A stretch of 61,992 nucleotides of DNA from Harriotta raleighana (Eukaryota): positions 434,584 to 496,575 of the forward strand of contig JBNZDD010013694.1 in assembly GCA_050575255.1 (NCBI GenBank), in the 5' to 3' direction. Positions 26,602-39,581 of the stretch are shown in pieces. Position 1 is the first letter of the stretch. Each line of letters opens with the position of its first letter. Position numbers and translations under genes: made by a program. Under the pieces are notes generated by a model. It ran no database searches and was not told where the DNA came from. It worked only from the letters and a program-made list of their open reading frames with translations.

Positions 26602-26918
26602 TAATAATAAGTAATAGTAAGAAGAATCCTTGCATTTGATATAGTGCTTTTCACATCTTCTAGACATCTCAAACTGCATCACAGAATATACCTTAAAGTG
26701 AATTGACTGTATATTGGTGGGCAAACAGCGGCAGCCAATTGCACACAGCAATGTCCCACAAACAGTCGTGGATTGAAATGACAAATTTTTTGGGGGATTA
26801 TTATTAGGCATGTGGAGTAAGCAAACTTTCCCGAGGTTTTGCCCTGACCTGCCTGGATTCAAAAACAGGTCCCATGCTTGCAAGGTGAGTGCTCTAAACC
26901 ATTGAGCTACAGGACTCC
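26602..26918 (-). mobile_element. SINE family A, full length
   Basis: Ends with gagctacaggactcc (reverse complement of head start). Confidence 0.93.
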
Positions 26919-27884
26919 TAATGCTGTCAGGTTAATATGATAGGGAGCTGAAATAAGAGATAAATTAAGGAACATTAAAGAAAACTAGGAGCAGAACTAT
27001 TCTAAATTAAGTTCAAGGTCAAGATAAATTAAGATAATTTCTTTCTGACTTTTCTCATTAGATTATCAATAGGGAGTGGATGGAAGCACCTAGCTAATAT
27101 TAAACTACGCCCCAAATTTCTTCCAAAAGAGAAATAAGAGGAAGTAAATACTGCCAGCGGACCTGCACTACTTCACCTCTGCTATTAAATTAGTTGTAGT
27201 TCAACTACAATACCCATTCCATGTATCATCTTTACCACCACACATAAGCCTACCAGAGATACAAGACAAATTTGTTCCATTAAACAGGAGAACAGTATAA
27301 AAAAACTCCCTTTCCTTCAGGGTTTCAGAAAGAGCAGGCTATTGCCTGAGAATTGCAGCATAGGGCTTTTTTTGTAAGCGTTTGACACAAATTGGATTTT
27401 ACAAAGTTCTATTCAATTGCTTTTGTTCACATCACGATGCAACACTGACAATGCCCTGCAGGCACCCAGAGTCCCTGTGGGAAAAAATAGAATTGTTTAT
27501 CATTAAGAGTAAGAATGGCTCAAAAAAGTGTTAATGCCATCCATTGTCAATATTATACACACTGGCAAACAATAAGAATAATTGAATGAGGTAGCCTCCT
27601 TTCTATATGGGTATATCAAAACAGTAATGAATTTGTCAAAAGCCCCAAATAAATGAAACAAATGATAAGTTCCTTGGGAACAGCCCACTCTCTTCCAAAT
27701 ATGAACATTTCGATACTGTATGTAGGTGGCATATTTTTGTGCATCTTGCAGTATGGTCCGGATACTCTTAAGCATCGTGATGGTCTCTACATGTGTCAGA
27801 CACCCGACTACCAATTGCAGACAATTTCAAAATTTAAATAATAAATCACATTTTAATCCTCTATAACAGTATTGCTAACATCAT

Positions 27885-28190
27885 GGAGTCCTGTAGCTCG
27901 GTGATAAGAGCACTCGCCTTACAAGCAAGAGACCTGGGTTCTATTCCATGCAGGGTGAAACCTTGGGAAAGTTTCCTTACTCCATATGCCTGATAATAAT
28001 CCCTCAAGAATAAAAAAAATTGTCCATTTCAATCTATGACTGTTTGTAGGACACTGCTGTGCAAAATTGGCTACCATGTTTCGTCAACGAATATACAGTT
28101 AATTCATTTTACAGGATATTCTGTGAAGCACTTTGAGATGTCTGGAACACATGATAAGGCACTATATCAAATGGAAATTATTATCATTAT
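27885..28190 (+). mobile_element. SINE family A, full length
   Basis: ggagtcctgtagctc head through tail. Confidence 0.93.
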
Positions 28191-28233
28191 TTGATTGTTT
28201 TATCTGAAGAAAGCACTTGTAAGCATTCTAATA

Positions 28234-28603
28234 CAGTAAAACCTTGTTTATCCGTGACCCAATCAACCGGATTGCTCGACCCCCTCCCGGGGAAATTCCC
28301 CATTGCAGCAATCGCGAGTTTGCTCATTTTACGCATGCGTGCAATGCGTGTACATGCGCACTTATTAAACTTATGAACTTGGGGTGTTTTTACCTAAAAA
28401 AGCATTTTTTACCGAATGTGCTGAAATGCTTTATTGGTAAGTATCCATCCAATATTCTGTTACTATTTAGTCTATTATTAACATGGTATGTTTTAAAATA
28501 ATTAAATTTTTTATGTTGGGTTTTCGGCAACTTGTCCCCCGTTTATCCAGCAAAGTCAATTTGTCGCCCCCTCCAAGCGTGCCAAATAAACGGGGTTTTA
28601 CTG
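28234..28603. mobile_element. Tc1/mariner (Tigger/pogo-like) MITE, internal family X
   Basis: TIRs cagtaaaaccttgtttat / ataaacggggttttactg; TA on both sides. Confidence 0.9.
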
Positions 28604-29280
28604 TACATAAACTAGCATTCCTTTACCAATGACGGACAAAAGGGCCTCTTTGTCAAATCTGGTCACAGTTGCAAACTGAATCACATAAACTGGGAGTTAA
28701 AACATTTGATTGTCCAGCACATTGCTGCGTGAAAGACGATGTACAGTACAAATGTAATTTTGCTGAATGGGTGACCTAGCTTCACGGACATTGGTATTGA
28801 AAACAGTGTTGGGAGGCTCTGTCACATTCAGGTAATATTTAATGAATTTCTAAATATAAACCATAGGTTAGATGCCATAGAACCAAGAAACATTCATATT
28901 TATAGCATAGAACAATACCGTTCAGCCTGTCTTATTTGTACTGACTCTTTGAAAGAGACACTGAATAAATCTTGTTTATCTGCCTTTCCCTTGCAAATTA
29001 TTCCTTATTAGTTTTTTTTAGATTAGATATCTATCTTTTTCTCTCTCGAAAGCGAATATGGATCTTGTCTTGATTACCCCATTTGGCCATGTAATAAAAG
29101 GGAAACCCGTTTCAGGAGACGGAACAAAGATTTGGTGGAGGGAAAAAAAATGCTTGTGCTGTGCAGAGCTATCTTCAGCCTGCACTGTAGAATATAAATC
29201 ACTCACTCTTTTTTTGCTGGGCAATATTTCCTACTCGCTCTATTGATGGAAGCGATGCTGTGTTCCTTTTAGATATATAA

Positions 29281-29380
29281 TGATAATAATAACCCTTGCA
29301 TTTGTTTTAGTGCTTTTCATGTCTTCTAGATGTCTCAAAGCGCTTCACACGATATCTATAAAGTGAATTGGCTGTATATT
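29281..29380 (-). mobile_element. SINE family A 3' fragment
   Basis: cttgcatttg..ttctagatgtctcaaagcgcttcac. Confidence 0.8.
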
Positions 29381-30180
29381 TATATCGACCAGGATTAAAC
29401 ACTTAAACCAGTAATATGTTTCAATCTGCATCTTTTGGACGTCTTGTGGTGAGTGCCTCTCAATACAGTACTAGGAGAGAAAAAGGGTTTATTGTGAGGA
29501 CATCACAATTAATTTTCCCCTTGTCAAAAAAACTGTTACATGAGCATTAAGGAGAGAAAATGAATCTCAAAATGAAACCAGATTGACTTTTTGTATCAAG
29601 AGTGGTCCAACAGCTATAATTGGCCACAAAGGAGCAAAATTCAATTGGGAGGGAGGAAGTGGGGAAAAGGAATAATGCAGGTGGAGAGATAAACAGGCTG
29701 ACATCAGTTGAAAGCTGGCAAGATGACCTAATTCTCATCTTGGCAATTGCAATACATAATTGACCCTTGACCAATTGGCAAATGTGCAGTATTCCTTGCC
29801 TGCTGTTGCTCCTGGCAGAGCTGAAGCCCCACTGTGGAGTCTAAGCACTTCACCCCAGTCACTTCAATCATTATTATTTCCTGAAAATGTGTTCGCTGTC
29901 GGGTTTCAGCATGCAATCTGTAACAAATGTAAGGAATACAAACGGGGAAATAGGTGCCATTATCCACCAAACTCAATAGCTTGTGTATATAGCAACAAGA
30001 ACAAATTACTTTTGTATAATGCCGTTCATATCGGGAGGATGCCCTAAAGGCACTGGACCATCAAACATTTGGATAGGCCCTAAACTCACTGTACACATGC
30101 AATGCAGCCTGGTCACCCAGTTATCCTCTTCACCCGTGTACACAGTAATCCTCTTCACCCAGTGTATACAGTGTATATAG

Positions 30181-30585
30181 GTGTCAGTCTGGTCTGGTTA
30201 GTAGCACTCTTGCCTCTGAGCAGGAAAGTTGTGGGTTGAAACCCTATGTTGGGATTTGGAATCACATAGTCCAGACTGACACTCCAATGCAGTGCTGAGG
30301 GAGTGTTGCAATGTTGGGAGACACAGACCTTCAAATCAGATATTCAGCTGAGGCCCTGTACTATCTGCCTGATCAAAGTGGATGTTAAAGATTCGATGGC
30401 ACTGTTTAAAAGCTTTACTGACCACCAAAACTCCAGATAAAATTGATCATTCACATCATAGCTATTTGTGGGACAACATTGTGTAAAAAATAGTTGCTGC
30501 ATTTGTCTACAAATACAATCACTACACTTGGCAATAAATCCTATCAAGCACTTTGAGGTGTTAGGTAAAATTCAAGGATTATTAT
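30181..30585 (+). mobile_element. Deu-type SINE (SacSINE1/AmnSINE1-like), near full length, old
   Basis: tRNA-like head, gactgacactccaatgcagtgctgagggagtg, gtggatgttaaagattcgatggcac, tttgtgggaca.. segment, L2-type tail. Confidence 0.75.
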
Positions 30586-30734
30586 TACATGAGAGGAGGA
30601 TACTAATTATTTACCTAATATTAATTTCATTTAACTTATTCTCATTTTTGGTTTACATAAAAGAAGCTATGTAAATGTAAAACAAATACTGTACTGTTTT
30701 TGTGTCAGCAACTGATTATTAACCTACTAATTTC

Positions 30735-31072
30735 TGGGCAGAGTGAAATGTTGGGCATGTTTCTTTGCTCCACACGTTTCTAATTACTTAGCAATATGTA
30801 GGAACCCAGTTGTTACTCGATTAGCAGATCGCTTTTTAGGGGATAATAATCCAATCAAAACAAAAATGAATTTGAAACAAATAATAATTATTTAATCACT
30901 CAATCCACGACTGTTTGTGGGACACTGCTGTGAACAGCCTTTAACCATTAACCACTCCAAATCCCTCCCTTTCCCTCCACCCTCCCTTGGGTCTGAAACA
31001 ATGACTGTTCAGCACCTTGTGACGTTCCCCTGACGTGAAAAGCGCTATACAAGTGTAATTTTGTTGTTGTTT
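30735..31072 (+). mobile_element. SINE A (long) 5' part joined to an L2 3' end
   Basis: SINE body to ~30935, then L2 3'UTR and (ttg)n tail. Confidence 0.75.
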
Positions 31073-31624
31073 AGGTGGGATTTAAAAGTGAGGAAATAGG
31101 CAGCAATTTGCCTTCAATCACCACACTTGACAGTAATTAGTATAAACCACTTTCTGATATTTTGCTATGGTAAAGTGGTTTAAAGTTCCTTCCTATGTTT
31201 TTAGAATCTTGTTTCTAGTTCTGAAATATCCCTACCTGGTTCAGTTTAGTGTAAAGCATGTGCGCTGCATCTAAGTTGACCATGTATAGGACCCTCAGGT
31301 GCTTCTGCTATTTATTTTCAGGTTCAGACTGTTAGATACCACTGCATTCTCAAGGGAAGTGACATCTTTATCAGTATTCCAACCTTCTACTCAGCACAAA
31401 CTGCAATGGTCAATTTCTCTGGATGTCTGCAGATATTGACATTGTGACATACTAGACCATTTGGCATCATCTGTGCAGAGTGCAAATGGTAATTATTAGC
31501 ACATCATTGTAAAATCCTTGATATACTTGCTGCATTTAGCTCAGAAACGATCGACTTTAAAATAAAATAAGAGCACTATAAAAAGGCATTTTACATTATC
31601 AATGTGGCAGCAAAGATTAAATAG

Positions 31625-32900
31625 TAACAACAACAACCAATTGCATTTTTATAATGCCTTTTACATTAGGAGAATGTCCCAGACAGTCAAGGATTTACAT
31701 CCATCCTGGGGGTTGAAATCAAGGAATGAAGAAGGGTGAGATGTGGAGGGCTAGGAAGATGGCGTTGGGAAGATGACCAGCAAGGACAAAGTGGAAGGTC
31801 CTGAGAAGGGCCTGGAAGGAGGTTGGCGGGGGAGAGGGGGATAAGGTAAGGTTGAAGTTCCATAGGATGGAGGCAGAAAGGCAGAAGGCCCAACAGCCAA
31901 TAATGGGGCGGGTGGAGCAGGGGACATGGAGCAGGCCAGTTCCCACTGAGAAGGGAAAGCAGGCAGATTTAGCAGGTCATAGAGATAGGAAAAGGCAAGA
32001 TTGTGAGGGCAAGGATCTAGAGAAATAGGGAATGGCAAGAAAAGAAGGAGCGAAGCTGGGATGCAACAACGTTGCAGCCTTAGAGAGGAATGGAAGTGGA
32101 GATGGAGATGGGGTGGTAGCTTGAGAGTTGGGATGGGTCCAGAGAAGGGTGTTTCAGAATAGGATTGACAGCTGTTTTTAGAGAGGTGGGAACAGTGCCA
32201 ATAGATAGGGAGAGGTTGATGATGTCAGTTCGGAGGGGAGCTAGAAAGTAAAACTGGGAGATGAGGAGAGAGGTGGGGATGGGGTCGAGGTAGCAGATGA
32301 TGGGTTTCATTTTCATGATGAAAGCAGAGAGGGTGGAGGGAGAGATGGGAGTGGGTGGGGGTGGATCCTGAGAGAGAGGTAATGGGTAGTGGTAGACGGA
32401 GTAAAGGTGGCTGAATGGATCCCCTCAATTTTAGATTCAAGAATGTCCAGCATCTCCTTGCAGTTGGAATTGGAGGAGAGGATGGATGAGGCATGGGAAG
32501 GTGGATGGAAGAGATGGGTAGTATTAGAGGAGGAGCCTGGGGTTATCGTTGGCTTCTAGGCCAACTGTCTGGGACATTCTCCTAATGTAAAAGATTAACT
32601 TGGAGTAGAAGGAGGATTTGGCAGAGGCAAGGGGGGATCCAACCAAATCTACCGATGGATCATTCGTTTGGATTTAGTCCAGGCCCGTTTGGCGGCTCGC
32701 ACTTGAGCCTTGAGGGATCGGAAATGGCTGGTGTATCAGGAGAATTTGCGGGAGTAAGAGGTAGTTTGGGAGGTGAGGAAGTTGAGGATGGAGGAGAGGA
32801 ATTTGTGGAGAAAAGAGAGCGAAGAGATTAAGTCAGTTAGTGAGGGCCAGAGGGCAAGAGTTCAGATAATTCTAATACAGCAGAAAGGGAAAGGGAGAAG
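31625..32900 (-). mobile_element. L2 LINE fragment with large internal deletion
   Basis: AKSSFYSKLI/LEANDNPRLL, CYLDPIPTSLL..IINLSLSIGTVPTSLKTAV peptides; 3' end and (caa)n at 31625. Confidence 0.88.
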
Positions 32901-34119
32901 ATTGGTGGAGTCCTGCATCCGTTTAAATCCTAGATTATGATGTTACAGTATAAAAATAAAGGTTCGTACATTCAATTATTGAGTCAATTGCAAGTATCCA
33001 ATAATGTCCTACTTTTAATTGTGGGAAATATCTTCAAGTTGCTCCTAATCAATCAATCATTTAAATCCATTCCTCTTGCAACACTAAATCTGATAGATTG
33101 CTGAAAACTGCAACAGCATCGTTTTGAGAATGGCATAATCATTAATTGATGACACTATCTATTTAATAAAGCATGTACAAAAACCTTGAACTATTTTGTC
33201 AAGTTACTAAAAAGGATATCTGATCCTATATAGTAGCCCACTTGTAAGTGACGTTACATCACAAAATTCATTACACCTAATCCACAGGACAAAGATATAT
33301 GAAGCATCTCTGCAATGCCTTATTTGTAAAGGACTTCAAATGGTCTTAATAGAAAGAATTCCATGGATCAGGTCAATTCATCCCAGTTAATTGACTCATT
33401 TATTGTTGAGATGGGCATTAAATGGTCATAACAGTAGGTGGTTTTTGAGATGGATTTCACTGGAATGATTAGTCTGTATGTGTGGGAAATCTCTATGTGT
33501 TGCCTGCCGGGAACACTGCATGCTGTCTTGTGGAAAGCTAAAGCTGGCACAGCTAGTGTCTTTGAAATCTAAGAGTAGTTTAGAAGATCAGAAACTGTAT
33601 TGAATTCATCCATTTTATGAAGTTGAACTGACATTGCTATGTATTTTAGAACATTTGAGTTCAATTTATTTCCCACCTCGCTACATTAATGGTGGATCAC
33701 TGCTGTAGAACAATTGTTTATGATATAATCCAAATAAATTTTTAAGCAATTATCCCAATCATATACTTAAAGATAATAACAATAATATTCCATACATTTG
33801 ATGGATTCTCAAAGCATCTCACAGGAATTACTGTAAAGTGGAGTGACTGTATTTTATGGGTGAATGGAAAGTGCACCATGGTGTAACTTAGAAGCTACGA
33901 AATGTTCTAGTACAAAAATTATATGGAGTTCTTATATGCTATATCCTTCTTTGAAGCAAAGACTCTTCGTTTTAAAAGATAATTAATGTCATGACTGTTC
34001 ATTTGCCTACAAACATACAGTTACTCCACTTCACTTAAATTTTATGAAGCAGTTTGAAATGTTGAGCATTCTTACTATGATAACCTTAGAGGAAATAAAT
34101 AGCTAGCATTGGTGTTTTA

Positions 34120-35840
34120 TATCAAAATTTATTCCTCCACTCTAGTCTCCACCAAATCATCCTTCTACTCCAGGATAATCCATTGGACAACCCTAGGCTC
34201 CTGATTTCCACACCAATGGTCCTCTGCCCACCCCACCACGACTCACAGATTCTTTCCTCTAATTCCCACTGAAAGGAGATGATGGATTTCCTTGAGTCCA
34301 AAATCAGCTCAGCGGTCACCGCCTTTCTAACTTCCATCCCCTCCCCACCTCCCTCCCACACTCTGACTCCTACACATTTCTCCCCCTCCTTTATCATCAT
34401 CACCATATCCACTATGAATCTCACCAACTGCTCCCTGGACCCCATCCTCACCCCGGTCCTTAACTCGCAGCTCCACCTCCTTGCTCCTTGTCGATATTGT
34501 CAACCTATCCGTTTCATCCAGCACTATTCCCACCCCACTTGAAACAGCCACTATCATCCCCACGTTGAAGAAACCAACCCTTGACGTTTCACAGCTCTCC
34601 AACTGCCAGCCCATCTCCAAACTCCCTTTTCTGTCCAAGGTCCTTGAAAGAGTCATTGCCTCCCAGCTACCCTCTTTCTTCTCATCCCACTCCCTCCATG
34701 AGATCCTCCAATTGGGCTTCCGTTCCTCAGGGTTTTGTCCTTTTTCCCCTCCTCTTCACCCTCTACATGCTCTCCTTCAGTGACATCATCCACTGACATG
34801 GGGTAAATTTTCACATGTACAGGGATGAAACCCAACTCTCTGTCTCAGCTTCTGCCCTCCTCCATAGGTGTTCTGACTGCCTGCCTGTCTGACATCGAGT
34901 CCTAGATGAAGGACAACTTGCTCCAGCTGAATATAAGCCAGATTGAGGCCCTTCTGATTGCCTTGCATCAGTGCCTCCGCACCTCGGGCACTGGCAGCAT
35001 CAGCATCCATGGCTGCACACTCCACCTAATGAAGCCAGGCAGGAACCTAGTTTCTTATATGTCCCTGAACTGTCCTTTCTCCCCCACATCCGCACTACAA
35101 CCAGGATTGCCTTCCAGCACCTCCATAACATTGCCAGACTCTGCCACTGCCTCACCCCCTCAGGCTGCCGAAACCCTCACCCAAGCATTCGTCCCATCGA
35201 CTTGACTATGGAAATGCCCTCCTCATTGGACTTCCAAGCTCTTTCCTTAACAAGATGCAGATCATCCAAAACTCTGCAACTCATGTCTTCTCCCCCGCCA
35301 AGCTCCTCAACCCTGTCACTCCCACCCTCGCTTGGCTCCATTGGCTCCCCATCCCCACAGAGGACCAAATTCAAGATTCTCGTCCTCACTTTCAAGGCCA
35401 TCCACGGCCTTGCCTCTTCCTATCTCTCTGACCTACTAACTCGCTGTCAACCTGCCCGCTCCCTCCATTCAACGTCCTCCATGTCCCCCGCCTGACCCAA
35501 CATACCATCAGTGGCTGGGCTTTCAGCCTCTCTGCCCCCACACTCTGGAATTCCATCCCACAGTCTCTTCATCTTGCTATCTCCCTTGCCTCCTTCCAGA
35601 CCGGTCTGAAGACCCTTCTCTTCGATCGTGCCTTCAGCCTTCATAATTGCCCTCCTACCTCCCCTCCCTCTCTTCCTCTTCCCTTTCCTCCCCTAACCTC
35701 CCCACCTCCTCCCCTATCCCTCCCACCTACCCTACCCTTCCCCATGCTCGGGGTCCTGATCCCTGACATTTCAGCGCCTTGGGACGTCCTCCTGACATGA
35801 AAGGCATTCTATAAATTAATTTTGTTATTGTTGTTGTTGT
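34120..35840 (+). mobile_element. L2 LINE, longest copy, decayed ORF2 with internal deletion, intact 3' end
   Basis: CSLDPI, PTLKKPTLD..PISKLPFLSKVLERVIA, VPQG..LLFTLYML, KFKILVLTFKAIHGLA; tail ttgttgttgtt. Confidence 0.92.
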
Positions 35841-35841
35841 T

Positions 35842-36320
35842 AAGAGAGGGGGCGAGGCGAAGGGAGTGAGGAAGGGAGTTCCAGAGCCGAGGGGCTTAGT
35901 GGCTGAAGGCACAGCTGCTGAGGGTGGAGTGGAGGATTCGGGGGACAAGGAGGAGGCCAGACCCGGTGGAGTGAGTGCAACCAGTACTGATTTGAGGAGC
36001 AACAAGGTCGGAGGGGTAGGTGGGTGCAGAGGAGTGGAGGGATTTAAAAACAAGGGTGAGTATCTTGAAATTGATCCTCTCTGGGATAGGGAGCCAATGA
36101 AGTCTGGCAAGGACTGGGATAATGGGGGAGCAAAGTTTGGTGCGGGTGAGAATGTGGGCGGCAGAATTTTGAATGAGTTGGATGTTATGGATTGTGGTGG
36201 TGGGGAGGAGGGCGTTGGAATAATCCAGCCGAGAGGTGACAAAGGCATGGAGCAGGGTTTCAGCAGCTTTTGGTGCGAGATATTGCCAGAGACGGGCAAT
36301 CCGTTGGAGGTGGAAAAAAG
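35842..36320 (-). mobile_element. L2 ORF2 C-terminal fragment
   Basis: AAETLLHAFVTSRLDYSNALL..LIQNSAAHILT..LHWLPIPERINFKIL. Confidence 0.92.
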
Positions 36321-38486
36321 GTGGAGAAAAAATAATCATGCTTGGTCTCAATTCCTTCACTGCATTCACCTTCTCTTCCTCCTCTTCAACCCAACACAAA
36401 CACACACAGCGTGAACCTTGTTTCTGGTATCCGAAACATCCCCAGTCAGGCAATGATACAATCAGAGAGAATCTCCTTTAGGACAAGATGGCAGGTAAAT
36501 AGGTTATTAGTTCAAATCAATAAATTCAACCTGAATTCAATTTACACAGCAATGAAGTATGTTTCTGTACAACCAAACCAGAAAAAGTAAATCTCTTGAC
36601 AGATTAACCACAAATCCAAATGATTCAACCCACCGCATAAATGATGTGTTTATTACAGCCTCACAAACTGGAGATTGCAAAACAATTCTGCACACGTTCT
36701 CAAATTTTGAGGCAATGGTCATGGAGTTTTAAAAGGAAATTTGATGCATTCATGAGGGATAAGGGAATGGTGTGAATGATCTGTTTGATGCTATAGAGTC
36801 CATAATATAATTCTATGTAATTATAGGAGAATAAGAGTATGAGAAATCTTGGCCCTTTGGATTATTTACTACAAAATACCATTTATAATCAGAACACTTC
36901 ATCGCAAACGCTGTGAAGTGTTTTGTGACACCCTTCCAACATGAACAGCCTAATATTAATGCAGGGATTAATAATGGGTGTTTATTTGGATTAGGTTTCT
37001 AACCACACATTATTAACATCCAAAATTTGCAGGTTTCAATTTTGGATGTAACATGTGTCAGCGAACCGCAAACGTACATTTCCTCACAATTAAAAATTAT
37101 CTTTCATCAATTCAGACATCATTTCATGCATTTCTTTATCTAAATGAATGCTTGGGGAATACTGTGGAGTCTCCAATAATGATTTTCCACCTTCCACCAT
37201 ATCAGGTCTTGGTTTTGTGTATGCATTTTGACTGTGAGCAAAGGCAGGTTCATACTTTGTAACATATGGAATAAAAAAGAGAAAAAATGTTCCATAAACC
37301 TGTTAATATATATTATTCAACTCTGACCAGTATACCATTCCATAAAACATTTATTTGTGATTGTAGCAGTACAGGAATCATTGTGGCCTATAGACCATCG
37401 CTCGTTTCCTGCTCTCCTCAAAACCTTCCAACCAGATGACCAGCTGTTCAAAACAATTCATCAACACAAGTCTTTTGACATGAGATTTTGTTTTTAATTG
37501 AAAACAATTAAAATCCAAGCTTTGGAAACAGAAAATCCTGAATGTATAAGGATGCCCCTTTAGACGAGTATTTTCAAGTACATTTTGTGCATAGTAAGGT
37601 CCCACAAACATTCATAAAATGTATGACCAATTAACTGGAAGATTATTAGCCAGGTCACCATTAGAATTTTGCTACACTTTTTGAATATTGCTGAATATAT
37701 ATAGCCCTATATAAATGTAAATTTGTGTTGTATTGTAGGGTGTTGCAGACCCTTTATGAGCAAATTGACAATTAACAAAAATGCCAATAAGAAGATGGAA
37801 TGAAGTACAAAGGGACTCTGAAAGTCACACCGGGACACAGTGTGTGGTGGATTTTGAAGTGTTGGTTTGACAAATAAAGAAGTGACTAAATCCTAATGTG
37901 AGGTTTGATCCCATGAGCTTTGGACTCATGCATGAGACTAACTGAGCTGCTGTAATCCCAAACAATATAGACAGAGGGTGAAGAAACTGCTTGACATTAA
38001 AGGACATTTGAGGCATAAAGTTAATTTATAGTAACTGGCTGATGGGAATAAACTGGGGCTAGATTCATAATAGTACTGTACTTCCATTTGACAATAAATT
38101 CAATTTATTTATTTTAATCAATTCTAAGTTTTAATTTTAGCCTCCATTAATGTGTGAAAAATACATTTCATTGAAATGTCGATAAGAAATGAAATTAAAA
38201 GGATGAAATTAAATTGTTACAAAGGCAATATGTGATCTGATTTGTTTTGTCCCCTTTTTCGACCAAATGAAAGTGAGAAATTGATTTTTTCTACATTTTG
38301 CAAAATTAATTGAGATATTAAGTGATGTGATTAGTTCCAGTTTGGGCTGTGTATGAATCAAAATAAATGAACTGGGAGCCAGTTTAAAGTTTATGACTTG
38401 TCATATGCCTGCAGATATTTTCTTATGTTCACCAATACAGCTGCACTTAAAATGTCTCCTCTCGCAATCCACCAATTTAGCATGTA

Positions 38487-38968
38487 CAGTAAAAGTCCGA
38501 TAATCCGGCACGGTTGGGACCTAGGTGGTGCCTGATTATCGGATGTGCTGGATTATTGGATGTTACTCTTAGGGATGGGAGGATTTGAATGTGCTGTGAC
38601 AGCAAATCCTCCCATCCCTGTGCTCTTATCTATGTTACATACCTGTATAGCAAAAACCAGAGCTCTCCCTATCCCGGTGGACTAGGCGGGCCGCCTAAAG
38701 AGGCATTGCACCCACCGAGAGTTAATTTTAAAATTAAAAAAAATTGGGAGCACCCACACACTTATTAAAGCGCGCATGCGCACGTTACGTCAGTGACATA
38801 ACCATGATGTCAGTGACGGGCCCCCGAGGAAAATATACCGGGTAGTGTGAAGGATCTCTGGTAAGAGATGCGCATAGAGGTGCGCAGATTGAAAAAAAAG
38901 GACCGTCGCAGATGTCGGACTATAAAGCTTTCCAGATTATCAAGTGCTGGATTAAAGGACTTTTACTG
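38487..38968. mobile_element. Tigger/pogo-like MITE, internal family Y
   Basis: TIRs cagtaaaagtccgataatccggcac / gtgctggattaaaggacttttactg; TA TSD. Confidence 0.92.
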
Positions 38969-39581
38969 TATTGAATGTTCTATAACACCAATTGGCCTGA
39001 TTTTAATTTGGATTGTATGTGCTGGTGGAAAAGATAATTTACTGAGAACAGATTGAGCAACTGGCAAACATTTGCTCTGGGACCACTTTACATTGAGACT
39101 GGAAATCTACTGATGCCAAATGACTATTTTTGTCTAATGTTCTGGTTCTTTTGTACTTCCCATATGATAGTATAGGGCGGGCCATTCACTAACTAGCAGT
39201 GGGGCTGTGAAATCAGGCAACATGAATTAGCATAATTCTAGAATTAGTCACTTCATTAAGTGACAAAAGCAGATGCCTCAAAGTGAAGGTCCATGTGCTG
39301 TGTGTTTGATTCTGTTGTTAGCTCAGCAATGTAACAATAATTACATTGTTGGAGCCCCTTCCAGTTTTTACTGGATTTAAACATGGCAGGAATCTTTTCT
39401 TAATGTGGAACCCAATTGCTAAGGATCAGAAAACACACTTGGATGAGATTTCAAAATGCAACAACAAAAAAAGCTGCATGCATTTCTATAGGTACGGTGA
39501 TCAAACCACCCAAATATCAGCCTGGTTGATTGGTAGCACTCTCACTTCTGCATCAAGCAGGTTGCGGGTTCAAATCCCAGG

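Noticed and set aside
34279-36453. Cluster of 100-190 aa ORFs as a functional RT gene
   Set aside because: Frameshifted, internally deleted L2 remnants and their antisense shadows.
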